Assembly (NCBI GenBank): GCA_913046035.1
Contig: CAJWSW010000006.1
Span: 6,493 to 70,492 of the forward strand
Direction of reading: 5' to 3'
From: an uncultured Alphaproteobacteria bacterium
GTDB lineage: Bacteria > Pseudomonadota > Alphaproteobacteria > MPNO01 > UBA830
DNA: 64,000 nucleotides
Under the pieces are notes generated by a model. That model saw only the letters and a program-made list of their open reading frames with translations, had not been told where the DNA came from and made no database searches. Position numbers and translations under genes: made by a program. The stretch's first letter is position 1. Every line of letters starts with the position of its first letter. Positions 1-10,474 of this stretch are shown here, piece after piece.

Positions 1-1622
1 ATTGGGTTATCCACAATTAGCTTGTCATTGTCGAAGCCGAACAACTCAGCCGTCTGACGCTTCATAAATGAAAATGTGACCGCCTCAGTCATTCCACCCG
101 CCGCCAATGCCCGTCGGGTGGCGGACTCACGTCGCTGACTAGACGACCAAGCGGGCGCGGCAACGGTATTGCCTCGGGTCAAAGGTACCGCGGGAATATT
201 ATCGTATCCATTTATGCGAAGGACCTCTTCTACGAGATCAGCCTCGCCGTCGATATCTTGGCGCCAGGAAGGGATGGAAGTTCGGATGGTCTCGCCCTCG
301 TCTACAGGGTCGAAGCCTAAATCTTCGAGGATGCGGATCTGCTCGTCATCGGGTATGCTCATGCCGCCCAACGCCGCCACACGTGCTTTGCGCAACGTGA
401 CCTCCCGCTGCCATGCGGGCATCTCGCCAGCGATCGTCAGCTCCGATGCCTCACCGCCACAGAGGTCAAGAATCATCCGGGTTGCGACATTAGCCCCCCA
501 GTATACACTTTCGGGATCAACCCCCCGCTCGAAACGGTAGCGTGCATCCGACATGATGCCCAGTTTTCGGCCGGATGTGGCGGTGCGAACAGGGTCGAAT
601 AACGCAACCTCAAGAAAAACGTCTGTGGTCTCCTCGGTCACACCTGTGACCTCGCCACCCATAATTCCCCCAATTCCCTCGACACCGTTTTCGTCTGCAA
701 TAACAGTGATGGTGTCATCGAGTTCATACTCCTCGCCATCAAGCGCCATGACCTTTTCACTGTCTCTAGCAAAGCGCATGGTTACATTTCCTCTCACCTT
801 TGACGCGTCGAACACATGCAACGGTCGCGCCAAATCGAAGGTGATATAATTGGTAATATCTACAAGTGCCGAAATCGGGCGAAGACCAATCGCACGCAGT
901 CGATCTTGGAGCCATTGCGGGCTAGGCCCGTTTTTTATTCCGCGGAAATATCGACCCACTACCAAAGGGCATGCATCGACCCCATTTGCAGGTAGTTCGC
1001 GTTGCCATTTAATAATCGGCTCAAATGAGCCTTTTACTTCTGGCGCGTAAAGGGGTTTCAGTTTGCCAAGGCCTGCTGCCGCCAGGTCCCGGGCTATGCC
1101 GCGAACACCAGCACAATCCTGGCGATTGGGGGTAAGACCAATTTCGATCATCGGGTCGCTAAGCCCTAATGCATCGGCAGCAGGAGAACCTACTTCGGTC
1201 TCTTCAGGTAATTCGACGATGCCTTCATGATTATCAGATAAACCCATCTCGCGTTCAGACAGCAACATCCCGTTAGAATGCTCACCACGAATCTTGCTTT
1301 TTTTAAGTGTCACATCGATTCCAGGGATATAAGCACCCGCTGCAGCGAACACCCCTTTCATTCCTGCCCGCGCGTTAGGTGCTCCGCAAACGACCTGTAC
1401 CGGTTCGCTACCTCCAAAATCAACCATGCAAACCCGCAAGCGATCGGCGTTCGGATGTTTTTCGGCAGAAAGAATGCTTGCAGCGCAAAAGGAGACCAAC
1501 GCTTCAGCACGGTCATGCACGCCTTCGACCTCTAACCCAATCATCGATAGTTTTTCGATAATATCGGAGAGTGGTCGATCAGTGTCGAGATGCTCTTTCA
1601 GCCAGTCGAGGGTAAATTTCAT
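1..1622 (-). CDS. pheT: phenylalanine--tRNA ligase beta subunit. N-terminal part only; the gene runs off the window start.
   Basis: Minus-strand frame starting at ATG 1622..1620 translates MKFTLDWLKEHLDTDRPLSDIIEKLSMIGLEVEGV..., a typical PheT N-terminus. The ATG overlaps the pheS stop (ATGA). No in-window stop, which is why it is absent from the ORF track. Confidence 0.85.
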   Translation of the reverse strand, partial: MKFTLDWLKEHLDTDRPLSDIIEKLSMIGLEVEGVHDRAEALVSFCAASILSAEKHPNADRLRVCMVDFGGSEPVQVVCGAPNARAGMKGVFAAAGAYIPGIDVTLKKSKIRGEHSNGMLLSEREMGLSDNHEGIVELPEETEVGSPAADALGLSDPMIEIGLTPNRQDCAGVRGIARDLAAAGLGKLKPLYAPEVKGSFEPIIKWQRELPANGVDACPLVVGRYFRGIKNGPSPQWLQDRLRAIGLRPISALVDITNYITFDLARPLHVFDASKVRGNVTMRFARDSEKVMALDGEEYELDDTITVIADENGVEGIGGIMGGEVTGVTEETTDVFLEVALFDPVRTATSGRKLGIMSDARYRFERGVDPESVYWGANVATRMILDLCGGEASELTIAGEMPAWQREVTLRKARVAALGGMSIPDDEQIRILEDLGFDPVDEGETIRTSIPSWRQDIDGEADLVEEVLRINGYDNIPAVPLTRGNTVAAPAWSSSQRRESATRRALAAGGMTEAVTFSFMKRQTAELFGFDNDKLIVDNP

Positions 1623-2728
1623 CCGACCAGCCCTGCCGCAACATTCGGCACATCTAAGGGCACGAAGCCGTAATGTTTAAGCCACCGAATATCGGAATCG
1701 TAAAATGTACGTAGATCCGGAATACCGTATTTCAACATTGCCGCACGCTCAATTCCAAGACCAAAGGCGAAGCCCTGGTATTGCATCGGATTAATCCCAC
1801 AGTTTTCCAGCACACGCGGATTTACCATGCCACAGCCAAGGATTTCCAGCCATTCAGCCCCTGCACCTATCTTCAGACCGCCGCCCTCTCGTGAGCAGCC
1901 AATATCCACCTCAGCCGACGGCTCAGTAAATGGAAAATATGAGGGACGGAACCGCACAGGCAAATCATCCACATCAAAAAACGCACGACAGAATTCCTCG
2001 AGGCACCCCCTTAAATGCCCCATATGTGTCGCCTTATCGATTACCAGACCTTCGATTTGGTGGAACATCGGAGAATGTGTAGCATCGTGATCAGCACGGA
2101 ATGTTCTGCCCGGCACTACGATGCGGATGGGCGGTTTTTCGTTGACCATAGTGCGTATCTGAACTGGGGATGTATGCGTGCGCAGCACTTTGCGTTCACC
2201 ATCTTCACCTGCGGGAAGATAGAAGGTGTCGTGGTCCTGGCGAGCCGGGTGTTCAGGCGGGATATTTAAAGCAGTAAAATTATTGAAGTCGGTCTCAATG
2301 TGTGGACCTTCCGCAACGGTGAATCCCATTTCGCAGAAAATTGCAACCATCTCGTCGATCGTCTGGCTTATTGGGTGGATGCGGCCTGCACTCGCCGGCC
2401 GCTGTGGCAGCGTAACATCAATCCGATCGGCAGCGAGGCCAGCGTCCAATGCCTCTGCTTCCAGCACCTCTTTGCGCGCGTCTATCGCATCTGCAATTGT
2501 ATTTTTAAGAACGTTCAGCTGTTGTCCCGCGCTTCGGCGATCCTCCGGCTTTAACTGTCCAATGCCCTTCACCATTTCAGTAATAGTACCGGACCTACCT
2601 AACGCTAGGACACGCAGATCTTCCAATGCTTCCAGATCCGCGGCCTTTACCTGTGAAAGCAGATCGTCCCTGAGTTCATCAAGATTTTCCATAGCAAACC
2701 ACCGGCGGGATTTTCTTTGGCCGCCCAA
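1619..2728 (-). CDS. pheS: phenylalanine--tRNA ligase alpha subunit
   Basis: 369-aa ORF with class II aaRS motifs (FRPSYFPFTEPSAEVD, GFAFGLGIERAAMLKYGI). Gene order rpmI-rplT-pheS-pheT. Confidence 0.95.
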   Translation of the reverse strand: MGGQRKSRRWFAMENLDELRDDLLSQVKAADLEALEDLRVLALGRSGTITEMVKGIGQLKPEDRRSAGQQLNVLKNTIADAIDARKEVLEAEALDAGLAADRIDVTLPQRPASAGRIHPISQTIDEMVAIFCEMGFTVAEGPHIETDFNNFTALNIPPEHPARQDHDTFYLPAGEDGERKVLRTHTSPVQIRTMVNEKPPIRIVVPGRTFRADHDATHSPMFHQIEGLVIDKATHMGHLRGCLEEFCRAFFDVDDLPVRFRPSYFPFTEPSAEVDIGCSREGGGLKIGAGAEWLEILGCGMVNPRVLENCGINPMQYQGFAFGLGIERAAMLKYGIPDLRTFYDSDIRWLKHYGFVPLDVPNVAAGLVG

Positions 2729-2752
2729 ACATTTGTTAATAAAATTCAGATG

Positions 2753-3118
2753 CTAACCGGCGTTGTTGAGGGCGGCTTTTGCCTGTTCTACAACGCTGCC
2801 AAACGCCTCCGGCTCTTGGGCTGCGAGATCAGCAAGCACCTTGCGGTCAAGCGCGATGCCCGCCTTACTAAGCCCATGCATAAACTGGGAATAAGTTAGT
2901 CCGTGCTGGCGCGCGCCCGCATTGATCCGCTGAATCCAAAGCGCGCGGAAATTACGCTTTTTAACCCGACGATCACGGTAGGCATATTGCCCGGCTTTTT
3001 CGACCTTCTCCACCGCAACACGAAAAACTTTTGAGTTCCGCCCGCGATAACCCTTAGCCTTTTTTAATACCTTCTTATGGCGGGCGTGCGTTGTGACGCC
3101 GCGTTTAACTCGTGCCAT
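2753..3118 (-). CDS. rplT: 50S ribosomal protein L20
   Basis: 121-aa basic protein [27 protein letters not shown]..., the canonical L20 N-terminus. Confidence 0.95.
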   Translation of the reverse strand: MARVKRGVTTHARHKKVLKKAKGYRGRNSKVFRVAVEKVEKAGQYAYRDRRVKKRNFRALWIQRINAGARQHGLTYSQFMHGLSKAGIALDRKVLADLAAQEPEAFGSVVEQAKAALNNAG

Positions 3119-3130
3119 CTCAAATCTCCT

Positions 3131-3331
3131 TTATTTCGCGTAGGGCAGGTAGGACTTGACGATTTTCGCGTCTGCATCCGACAAAATCTGGGTCCCGCGA
3201 GTATTGCGCTTCATCTTCTGGGTACGTTTACGGAGATTGTGACGTTTTTTTGCGAAATTAGACCTGACTTTTCCGGTCCCTGTCGTGCGGAAACGCTTCT
3301 TAGCGCCGCTTTTCGACTTTAACTTGGGCAT
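3131..3331 (-). CDS. rpmI: 50S ribosomal protein L35
   Basis: 66-aa Lys/Arg-rich [25 protein letters not shown]... AAGGAG Shine-Dalgarno upstream. Confidence 0.95.
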   Translation of the reverse strand: MPKLKSKSGAKKRFRTTGTGKVRSNFAKKRHNLRKRTQKMKRNTRGTQILSDADAKIVKSYLPYAK

Positions 3332-3593
3332 TTTCGTCTCCTTTATTTATACCGCCATCGTAGGTTATTTCATGCGGTACTGACGTCGCATGAGCGGTCC
3401 CGGCATGCCCTTACAGGCCGGACCACTCTTCTCAAGGACGCGGGTTATAAAGGCTTAGCGGCTGGAGTGCAAGAACCAGGGAAAGGAAGTCGCGCTGGGA
3501 TTTCCCTAATTCTGTTCAGTAAAAACCAAAAAATTTCGGGTTTTTAAACGCCTATGTCCAAATAGGTTCCTAACGCATGTCTCAAAACTTAGT

Positions 3594-3914
3594 TTAGATC
3601 GCGGACTGGATCCACTCAACGAGTTTACCCTTCGGCAAAGCGCCAACCTTGGTTGCCGCGACCTCACCATCCTTAAATAGCATTAGCGTTGGTATTCCAC
3701 GCACCCCATATTTTGACGGCGTCATAGGATTTTCATCGATATTGACTTTAGCAACAATAAGCGCGTCACCCATTTCGTCCGAGATCTCTTCTAGGGAAGG
3801 GCCGATCTGCTTGCATGGACCGCACCATTCCGCCCAAAAGTCTACAAGGACCGGACTATCGGCGGCCAGAACGTCGGTTTCGAATGAGTCGTCTGAGACT
3901 GATTTACTCGACAT
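3594..3914 (-). CDS. trxA: thioredoxin
   Basis: 106-aa ORF with the WAEWCGPCK active site and thioredoxin fold length. Confidence 0.9.
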   Translation of the reverse strand: MSSKSVSDDSFETDVLAADSPVLVDFWAEWCGPCKQIGPSLEEISDEMGDALIVAKVNIDENPMTPSKYGVRGIPTLMLFKDGEVAATKVGALPKGKLVEWIQSAI

Positions 3915-4026
3915 TTGTGTTGCTCCTCTCTCTAACTTGATGGACCCTTACAATCAAAGGAAATGTGCCTCTTAAATTCTAAAATTCCATCAGCGAGCCT
4001 CAAGTTAAGGACACGCTGGAAAGGGG

Positions 4027-7000
4027 TCAAGGTTCATGGATATCCAACAATTGTGCGTCTAATGGCATTAAGAAAGGCCCGAGAGTCCACACCAAAACGC
4101 ACTCAACCTGATGTATTGTATATATTTTTCGCAATAATGCACGGTAGGCCGCCATCTGCGCAAGGTATAGGTTTGGTACTTCTGAGGGTTTCCGAGGCGG
4201 TGGACGATTCGTCTTAAAATCTAAAATTTTTACTTTTTTCGGTCCAATCACGATACGGTCAATGCGACCAGAAATAGTTATACCACCCACTACGCCGGTG
4301 ACCGACACTTCGGCGCGAGAGCCTGGACCAAACAAATCGGCGCAATATGGATCATCTATCACAGCAAGCGTCTCAGCAATCAATTCGTCAATTCTATCGG
4401 GTGTCAGGTCGTGCAACGGGCGTGCGAGATAAGCTCTTGCCGCATCTGCGCGATCGGCCTCTGCAACATCGGGAAGTGTTTGTAATAAACGATGTACCAG
4501 TAGTCCGCGCTGAAAAGCCAGCCCGCGATCGTCGCCCATAGGGGAACGGGGCGCAGGCTCCGGCAACGCGGGGCGCGATGGCGCGAGTGGTCGGGACGGC
4601 TTCGGTTCCTCGGGGGCAGGCGTGTCAGCCCAGCTAGGCAAGCCCGGGACAGTTCCGGGCGAAACATTATCCGCGCCTCTCCTGTCAGGATCCACGCTCT
4701 GGGGTGTTTCCAAGCGCAGCCCGCGGCCATGCCAGGCAATATCGACGTCATCGTACGGTCCATCGGGATGTGAATTGAAAGCGAAAGGCTGCGCGATTGG
4801 TTCCAAACCGCGGGAAATAATATTCCACCAGGCATTTTCCGGGGCAGCGCGCCGCGCACCGTACCCAGCAATATAAAGCCGGTCTTCGGCACGCGTCATC
4901 GCCACATAGAGCAGACGCCTGTATTCCTGATCCTGACGCCTACGCTGTTCAGATGCTAAATTCTTGGCCTTGCGTTCCCGCACCCGCGATCGTGGAGCCC
5001 ATAGCAGCACGTCCGCAGCCTGGCCTTCGGCATCACTTTCTGTGTTCCACATTAACCCATTGTCTGGCAACGGCACTTGCATAGTATCCGCCAAAATCAC
5101 CACCGGGGCTTGTAGGCCTTTAGCGCCGTGCACAGTCATTATGCGAACCTCATCGCGTTGCCCTTGTTCAAGATCGCGCTTTATCTCTGCGTCGCCCTCT
5201 TCCAACCAACGCAAAAAACCCTGCAAGGAAGGCGTATGCGTTTGTTCGAAAGCGAGCGCTAGTGCCAAGAACTCATCAATCGGATCGTTCGCTTCTTTTC
5301 GCAAACGAGCCAACAAAAGTGCTCGACCCTCCATGGGACCAAGGATATGCGCGAAAAATTCATATGGAGGGGAAAGGTCAGCCCGAGAAAGTACATCGCT
5401 AAGCTTACGTTGAGCCGCGGCACATTCTGAATCGGTGCGCGCCAAACGACGCAATGATGCCCAAACGGTGCCGTTGCGCTGATGGCAGATTTCAAAAAGC
5501 TTTGACTCATTGAGGCCAATTAATGGCCCCTTTAGCACAGCGGCGAGATTGAGATCGTCTTGAGGCATCAGAGCAAATGCGCCGAGAGCCACCAAATCCT
5601 GCACTGCTAGCTGATCAGTCAATACCATGCGATCGAGGCCTGCGACATTAACACCCCGATTTTTTAGTTGCCCGATTAACTTATCCACAAAATCAGTACG
5701 CCGCCGCACCAACACCATAATGTCGCCCGGCCTCAGGGGCCGATCTGCACTTGGCAGTCTTTCTCCCTCCGATATCCAACGAGATATCCGCCAAGCAATC
5801 GAATGTGCCAATCTAAACGCAGGTGTTAAAGTCCTCTCATTCGGGTCGAAAATTTCCCACGCCGCCGGTTTAACACTATCCCCCGGGACAACAGGCGGCC
5901 ACATTTCCACCACCCCCGCCTGACCGCGGCGGTGTGCTTTGTGCCTTATGTCAGTAATCGATACTCCATCGCGAGTGATTGGGTCTGCAAAGACCGCATC
6001 AACCGCCTGAAGAATGGCGGAGGTAGACCGGAATGAGACATCAAGTGGCACACGGTGCCATTTCTTACCTGCGTCAGTGACCCGCTTTTCGAAATAGTCG
6101 CTCATTGCCGCAAACTGATCTGGCGCAGCACCCTGAAAACTAAAGATCGATTGCTTCTCGTCGCCTACCGCGAAAATGGAACGTTCAATCTCGCTCGCAC
6201 CAATCCCAGCATGAAATTCATCGGCAATAGCGCGCACCACGGCCCACTGATCAGCATTACTATCTTGGGCTTCATCGATCAGTATGTGGTCAATTCCCCC
6301 ATCTAGCTTAAAAAGAACCCAGGGCGCTGCCCTTTCCACCAGCGACCGGGCCCGCAGGATCAGGTCGTCATAGTCTAGCAAGGCGCAGCGACGCTTTTGC
6401 TCCTCGTACCGGCTTATGAGCGCCGTACCGATAAGGAGGATCGCCTCGGTTGCCTCAACTGTCAGGATCGCTTTGCACCTCTCTCGCACCTCAAGAATCC
6501 GTTTGGCCTCTTGCTCCAAGACATCAACGATATCGGACATAGTTTTGACTGCGCCCTTGCTAGCGAGATTAGCCCGAATAGTTCCGCCGGCCGTAAGATA
6601 CGCCATCGAATAGGCTTCGAAATCAGCGATACGTTGTTCAGTGTCGCCAGCCAGCCATGTCGTTATAATATTTGCTTTTTCCTTGTCCTGCTTTCCCCCG
6701 ACCGACAGTGCTGTCGCTGCTCCTCGCAATCTGATGTCATCGATAGCGGTATCGATAGCTGCACTTTGCAACAGAGCATCAACAGTTTCTTCAGCAGCCA
6801 CCTCTAACAAGGCTTTGGTTGCTCGAACCGCACCTTTGGGCCCGTCATGAGATGAAATCAAACGATGCAGACGCCCACGTTTTGACGAAATCGCGGCCAT
6901 TAGATCCGCGAATTCATCCTCATGAACCCAGTAGGTAACAACACTGAGCGCATTAGCTAACGCCTCGTCGGTTCCTCTCCGCGCGGCATCCAGTATCTCA

Positions 7001-7515
7001 TCGCGTGCAATCAACAAATATTCCGCCGCGGTGCGTTCATCCATTACTTCAAAATATGGTGCAATACCGGCTTCTATTGGAAAGCGGCCAAGCAATGATT
7101 CACAAAATGCATGAATAGTTTGTATCTTCAACCCACCCGGCGTATCGAGTACCTCGGCAAACAAACGCTGAGCAATGCGGCGGCTGGCCGGTGTTGGCGC
7201 CTCGCCGGTGAGGCCTGTAATGGCGACATCGAGTTCCGTTTCTGCCATCACCGCCCATTCGCCTAACAAGTTACGAATGCGGTTCTGCATCTCCGCCGCA
7301 GCGGCGCGGGTAAAGGTAAGGCACAGAACCTTATCGGCAGGACTCCCTTGCAGCAGCAGCCTTAGGACGCGGTCAGCTAAAACCTTGGTTTTACCCGACC
7401 CGGCTGAGGCAGACACCCACACAGATGCGTCAGGCGTCGCCGCTATAGTTTGTGACCTTGTCTTTACGAAAGTCCCAGGCCCGTGGTCCTTATTTTTATA
7501 GACTGCCTCAGTCAT
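4027..7515 (-). CDS. addA: double-strand break repair helicase AddA (UvrD-like helicase with C-terminal PD-(D/E)XK nuclease)
   Basis: The ORF-track entry 4027..7620 is N-terminally over-extended. The likely start is ATG 7515 (MTEAVYKNKDHG...), 8 nt overlapping the addB stop. Walker A SASAGSGKT, UvrD helicase motifs and a C-terminal nuclease domain. Confidence 0.9.
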   Translation of the reverse strand: MTEAVYKNKDHGPGTFVKTRSQTIAATPDASVWVSASAGSGKTKVLADRVLRLLLQGSPADKVLCLTFTRAAAAEMQNRIRNLLGEWAVMAETELDVAITGLTGEAPTPASRRIAQRLFAEVLDTPGGLKIQTIHAFCESLLGRFPIEAGIAPYFEVMDERTAAEYLLIARDEILDAARRGTDEALANALSVVTYWVHEDEFADLMAAISSKRGRLHRLISSHDGPKGAVRATKALLEVAAEETVDALLQSAAIDTAIDDIRLRGAATALSVGGKQDKEKANIITTWLAGDTEQRIADFEAYSMAYLTAGGTIRANLASKGAVKTMSDIVDVLEQEAKRILEVRERCKAILTVEATEAILLIGTALISRYEEQKRRCALLDYDDLILRARSLVERAAPWVLFKLDGGIDHILIDEAQDSNADQWAVVRAIADEFHAGIGASEIERSIFAVGDEKQSIFSFQGAAPDQFAAMSDYFEKRVTDAGKKWHRVPLDVSFRSTSAILQAVDAVFADPITRDGVSITDIRHKAHRRGQAGVVEMWPPVVPGDSVKPAAWEIFDPNERTLTPAFRLAHSIAWRISRWISEGERLPSADRPLRPGDIMVLVRRRTDFVDKLIGQLKNRGVNVAGLDRMVLTDQLAVQDLVALGAFALMPQDDLNLAAVLKGPLIGLNESKLFEICHQRNGTVWASLRRLARTDSECAAAQRKLSDVLSRADLSPPYEFFAHILGPMEGRALLLARLRKEANDPIDEFLALALAFEQTHTPSLQGFLRWLEEGDAEIKRDLEQGQRDEVRIMTVHGAKGLQAPVVILADTMQVPLPDNGLMWNTESDAEGQAADVLLWAPRSRVRERKAKNLASEQRRRQDQEYRRLLYVAMTRAEDRLYIAGYGARRAAPENAWWNIISRGLEPIAQPFAFNSHPDGPYDDVDIAWHGRGLRLETPQSVDPDRRGADNVSPGTVPGLPSWADTPAPEEPKPSRPLAPSRPALPEPAPRSPMGDDRGLAFQRGLLVHRLLQTLPDVAEADRADAARAYLARPLHDLTPDRIDELIAETLAVIDDPYCADLFGPGSRAEVSVTGVVGGITISGRIDRIVIGPKKVKILDFKTNRPPPRKPSEVPNLYLAQMAAYRALLRKIYTIHQVECVLVWTLGPFLMPLDAQLLDIHEP

Positions 7516-10474
7516 AAGCTGACGACCACTCTTGCAGCCGCTCCAGATGCTCAAACTCTGAATGCCGCGGCGCGATTTCTGGATCAGGTCGCACGACGTA
7601 CGTTGTTTCAGGATCATCATAGTGTTCCAACAGGGAAATCAGCCCAGACAGTGCCTGTTTTGCAAGAGCTAAAGGGTTATCACCTGCATCGCGGATTTCG
7701 CCCGCAGGATCACCACCGGATAGTTTCCAATACTTCAAAGCAGTCACATCACCGGGTGGAACATCATCGAACGCTCCGTGGGCAATCATCGCAGCCTCCA
7801 ACGGAAGCTGAGGTGACACGCCAACGTTGACTTCCTTTTTTGAGGGGATTGCACCGGTCTTATAATCAACAATTTCGTAGCTGCCGTCTTCCAATTCTTC
7901 GATACGGTCGGCACGGGCGCGCAACTTAAAACACTTTCCACCTCGGTAAATATTCAGAGTACCCTCAACCTCCGAATGTCGGCGCTTTGTTGTGGTTGCG
8001 CGCTCCTTTTCGAGTGCGATCACCCATTCAGCTATACGCTCGAACCGCGGCCACCAGAATGCGCGAATGCCCGGACGATCTATCCACGGCGCAAATTCGG
8101 CCTCGCCAATCGCTAGCAATCGGGATAGTGCTTTTTCGCCTGTAGTGTCGCCTGTCTCACGAATAAAACGATCTATAGCAGTGTGAATTATCGATCCTCT
8201 TTCAGCGGCACCAGGGTCGGCATCAAGCGGTTCGAGCGCCGAAAGCTCCAATATTCGCCGGGCATAAATGGCGTAAGGATCGCGCAATAAAGTCTCAATT
8301 TCTGTCACTGAAAACCTATCGGGTCGCGCGTCGGGGGGCGGGACAGGGGCTGGCGCCGTGGCAGGCGATACATCGCCTCGGGCATCGATCGCATTTTGCC
8401 AGGCTAGCCATTTCTCTTGCTCGCCGGCCCAACGGTTAAGCACATCGCGCCCACCATTATGGGCAGACAAAAGCGTTTCTATACGCGTAAGCCATCGAGC
8501 TGGAACCGTGGGTGAACCATCAATTCTAGTGGATCGCGTAACCACGGCATCTGGTGCAGCTATAGCCTGGACGAAATCGTGCGCCGTTAGCCCAATACGT
8601 CGCTCTTGAGAAGCAAGACCGAAAACTTCCCGCATCGGCCGACTCATCCATGGGTCGTTGGCAGGTTCAGGCGGCCACACGCCCTCGTTTAGCCCCCCTA
8701 AGATAACCAAATCAGCCTGTTGCAGTCGGGCCTCAAGTAGGCCCCAAATATTGAGCCGCGGGTGTCTACCATATTGCGGACGCACCACCAAACCCTCCAT
8801 CATTACATCCAACAAAGCAGGCCAATCGCGCCCTGCGATCGGTGGCAAGGCCTCTATGCCAGCGCGAAGGTCGTTAATCAGGGCCGCTGCGCTTTCACCC
8901 GCATCGCCACCCCATAACCGTTCAAAGCCGGCTTGATCGTTCGACGCCGCCAATTTCTCCGCGAAAGCGATATGAGCATCAAGTAGTTCAATTGCCGCAA
9001 CGTTTCGGCTGGCTATTAGCTCAGTCAATGGGCTTGCCATTTCAGCAAGGGCCTCCATCCAAAGTGTTAGTTCCGCTTTTGCTCCCATGTGCATTAGTCG
9101 TGCATGCAGACCCCAAAAACCCGGCGCTGGCCTGGGCCCCCGAAGTATCGCGATTTCCATTTCCCGCACCCGGTCACGGAACCCGCCCGCATCCATCCCA
9201 GCCGCTGCTAACGGATGCTTCAGGGCTGCCAGCACCGGAACCGGTGCAGCATCGCTCGCCACAGCACTCACGGTCAGGCGCAAAAAGACACCAGGCACAG
9301 TTTCAGAAATCGGCGTGCCCCCTGAGTCATCGATATCAATACCCCATCGGCGCAACTCAGAGGCCACGCGGCGTGCTAAGCGCCGGTCAGGCGTGATCAG
9401 GGCGGCGGTGCGCGAAGGCTCCTCCAACACTTCGCGCATCATGAGAGAGATAGAAAGCGCTTCCTGCTGTGGGCCGGGCACAGAAATAACACGGACATGC
9501 GAGAATGCAGCGTCGAGGTCGACTGTTGGGGCCTTCATCAATGCTGTCGCAGGCGGACGCAACGCAGCGTTTAAAGCATCAACGAAGCCCGACTCACCGG
9601 CATCGGAGCGTCCCCAAGGCAATACGTCAGCAATATCAAAATTCATCCGTTTTAGCAGGCTTATCATCCCGAATTGCGGATGGCCTGGCCCAAGTGCTTT
9701 AAGACTTTCATCGTCGAGCGTCTGGTCAAGGCCGGGCAACACAATCGTTCCATTCGATAGTGACGCAACAAAGCACAATAGATCTGCAGTCGCAGGAATA
9801 CTGCCGGTCGATCCCGCTGCAATAACGGGTCCAGTTGGTGGGTCAGACTGCCAAAGTGCGATTAGCGCCTCAATGAGGCGATTACGCCGGTCTGCCGGAT
9901 CGATACATCCCTGCTCCGCCAGAATCGATGGCCAGTTTGAGCTTACAATTTTTAGGAATTCGAGGGTCTCTTGCCAATGACCCGCAAACCGTTCTGGGAC
10001 TATTTGCGCAAGTTTAGAAAAATCCAGCCGTTCAGTTTGCGCTTCGTCGAGCAGACGAGCAAGTTCTCTCGCCAACAAAGCCGCATGGGCAACGGATACA
10101 TCCTCGTTACCGGCCATTATCAGGCGCGACAAAAGTAGCTGCCGCCGCAAAATCGGGATCGCAGGAGGTACGTTAAATTTCGAGATGATTGCCGGCTCCA
10201 CGGTCCCTAAAGGACCCAACTCATCATCGTCTAAATCACCGATGGGCGTCATTACCGGCAATAGGATTGGTGCACCGCCGGTCACTCGCAAAAAGGCGTC
10301 GCCCAATGCCCTGCAGGATCTCCGAGTAGGTAATAGAACACGGACGTCCGCAAGCGTTTCTGGATCGGCGCCGTAACGGTCCAGGATCCCGGCCGCCAGC
10401 GTGTCAAGAAACGCCGTCCCCGACTTTATGGTGTGAATACCGCCAGCAGGAACACGAACGCAGCTTGACATCAA
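7508..10474 (-). CDS. addB: double-strand break repair protein AddB (alphaproteobacterial type)
   Basis: 988-aa ORF directly upstream of and overlapping addA. C-terminal RecB-like nuclease region (...EIVDYKTG...). Start overlaps the murU-like stop by 4 nt. Confidence 0.9.
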   Translation of the reverse strand: MMSSCVRVPAGGIHTIKSGTAFLDTLAAGILDRYGADPETLADVRVLLPTRRSCRALGDAFLRVTGGAPILLPVMTPIGDLDDDELGPLGTVEPAIISKFNVPPAIPILRRQLLLSRLIMAGNEDVSVAHAALLARELARLLDEAQTERLDFSKLAQIVPERFAGHWQETLEFLKIVSSNWPSILAEQGCIDPADRRNRLIEALIALWQSDPPTGPVIAAGSTGSIPATADLLCFVASLSNGTIVLPGLDQTLDDESLKALGPGHPQFGMISLLKRMNFDIADVLPWGRSDAGESGFVDALNAALRPPATALMKAPTVDLDAAFSHVRVISVPGPQQEALSISLMMREVLEEPSRTAALITPDRRLARRVASELRRWGIDIDDSGGTPISETVPGVFLRLTVSAVASDAAPVPVLAALKHPLAAAGMDAGGFRDRVREMEIAILRGPRPAPGFWGLHARLMHMGAKAELTLWMEALAEMASPLTELIASRNVAAIELLDAHIAFAEKLAASNDQAGFERLWGGDAGESAAALINDLRAGIEALPPIAGRDWPALLDVMMEGLVVRPQYGRHPRLNIWGLLEARLQQADLVILGGLNEGVWPPEPANDPWMSRPMREVFGLASQERRIGLTAHDFVQAIAAPDAVVTRSTRIDGSPTVPARWLTRIETLLSAHNGGRDVLNRWAGEQEKWLAWQNAIDARGDVSPATAPAPVPPPDARPDRFSVTEIETLLRDPYAIYARRILELSALEPLDADPGAAERGSIIHTAIDRFIRETGDTTGEKALSRLLAIGEAEFAPWIDRPGIRAFWWPRFERIAEWVIALEKERATTTKRRHSEVEGTLNIYRGGKCFKLRARADRIEELEDGSYEIVDYKTGAIPSKKEVNVGVSPQLPLEAAMIAHGAFDDVPPGDVTALKYWKLSGGDPAGEIRDAGDNPLALAKQALSGLISLLEHYDDPETTYVVRPDPEIAPRHSEFEHLERLQEWSSAYD

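Noticed and set aside
1-1680. Plus-strand ORFs 169..540, 553..849, 850..1050, 1278..1680 at the window start
   Set aside because: The minus strand across this region encodes a continuous, well-conserved PheT N-terminal region coupled to pheS. The plus-strand ORFs are antisense artefacts.
9087-9980. 297-aa plus-strand ORF inside addB (and similar antisense or alternate-frame ORFs, for example 4404..4892, 2226..2756, 17206..17490, 38047..38529, 61974..62549, 63069..63458)
   Set aside because: They lie antisense to, or frame-shifted within, strongly supported conserved genes. They have low-complexity Arg/Ser/Ala-rich translations typical of GC-rich antisense frames and no recognisable motifs.
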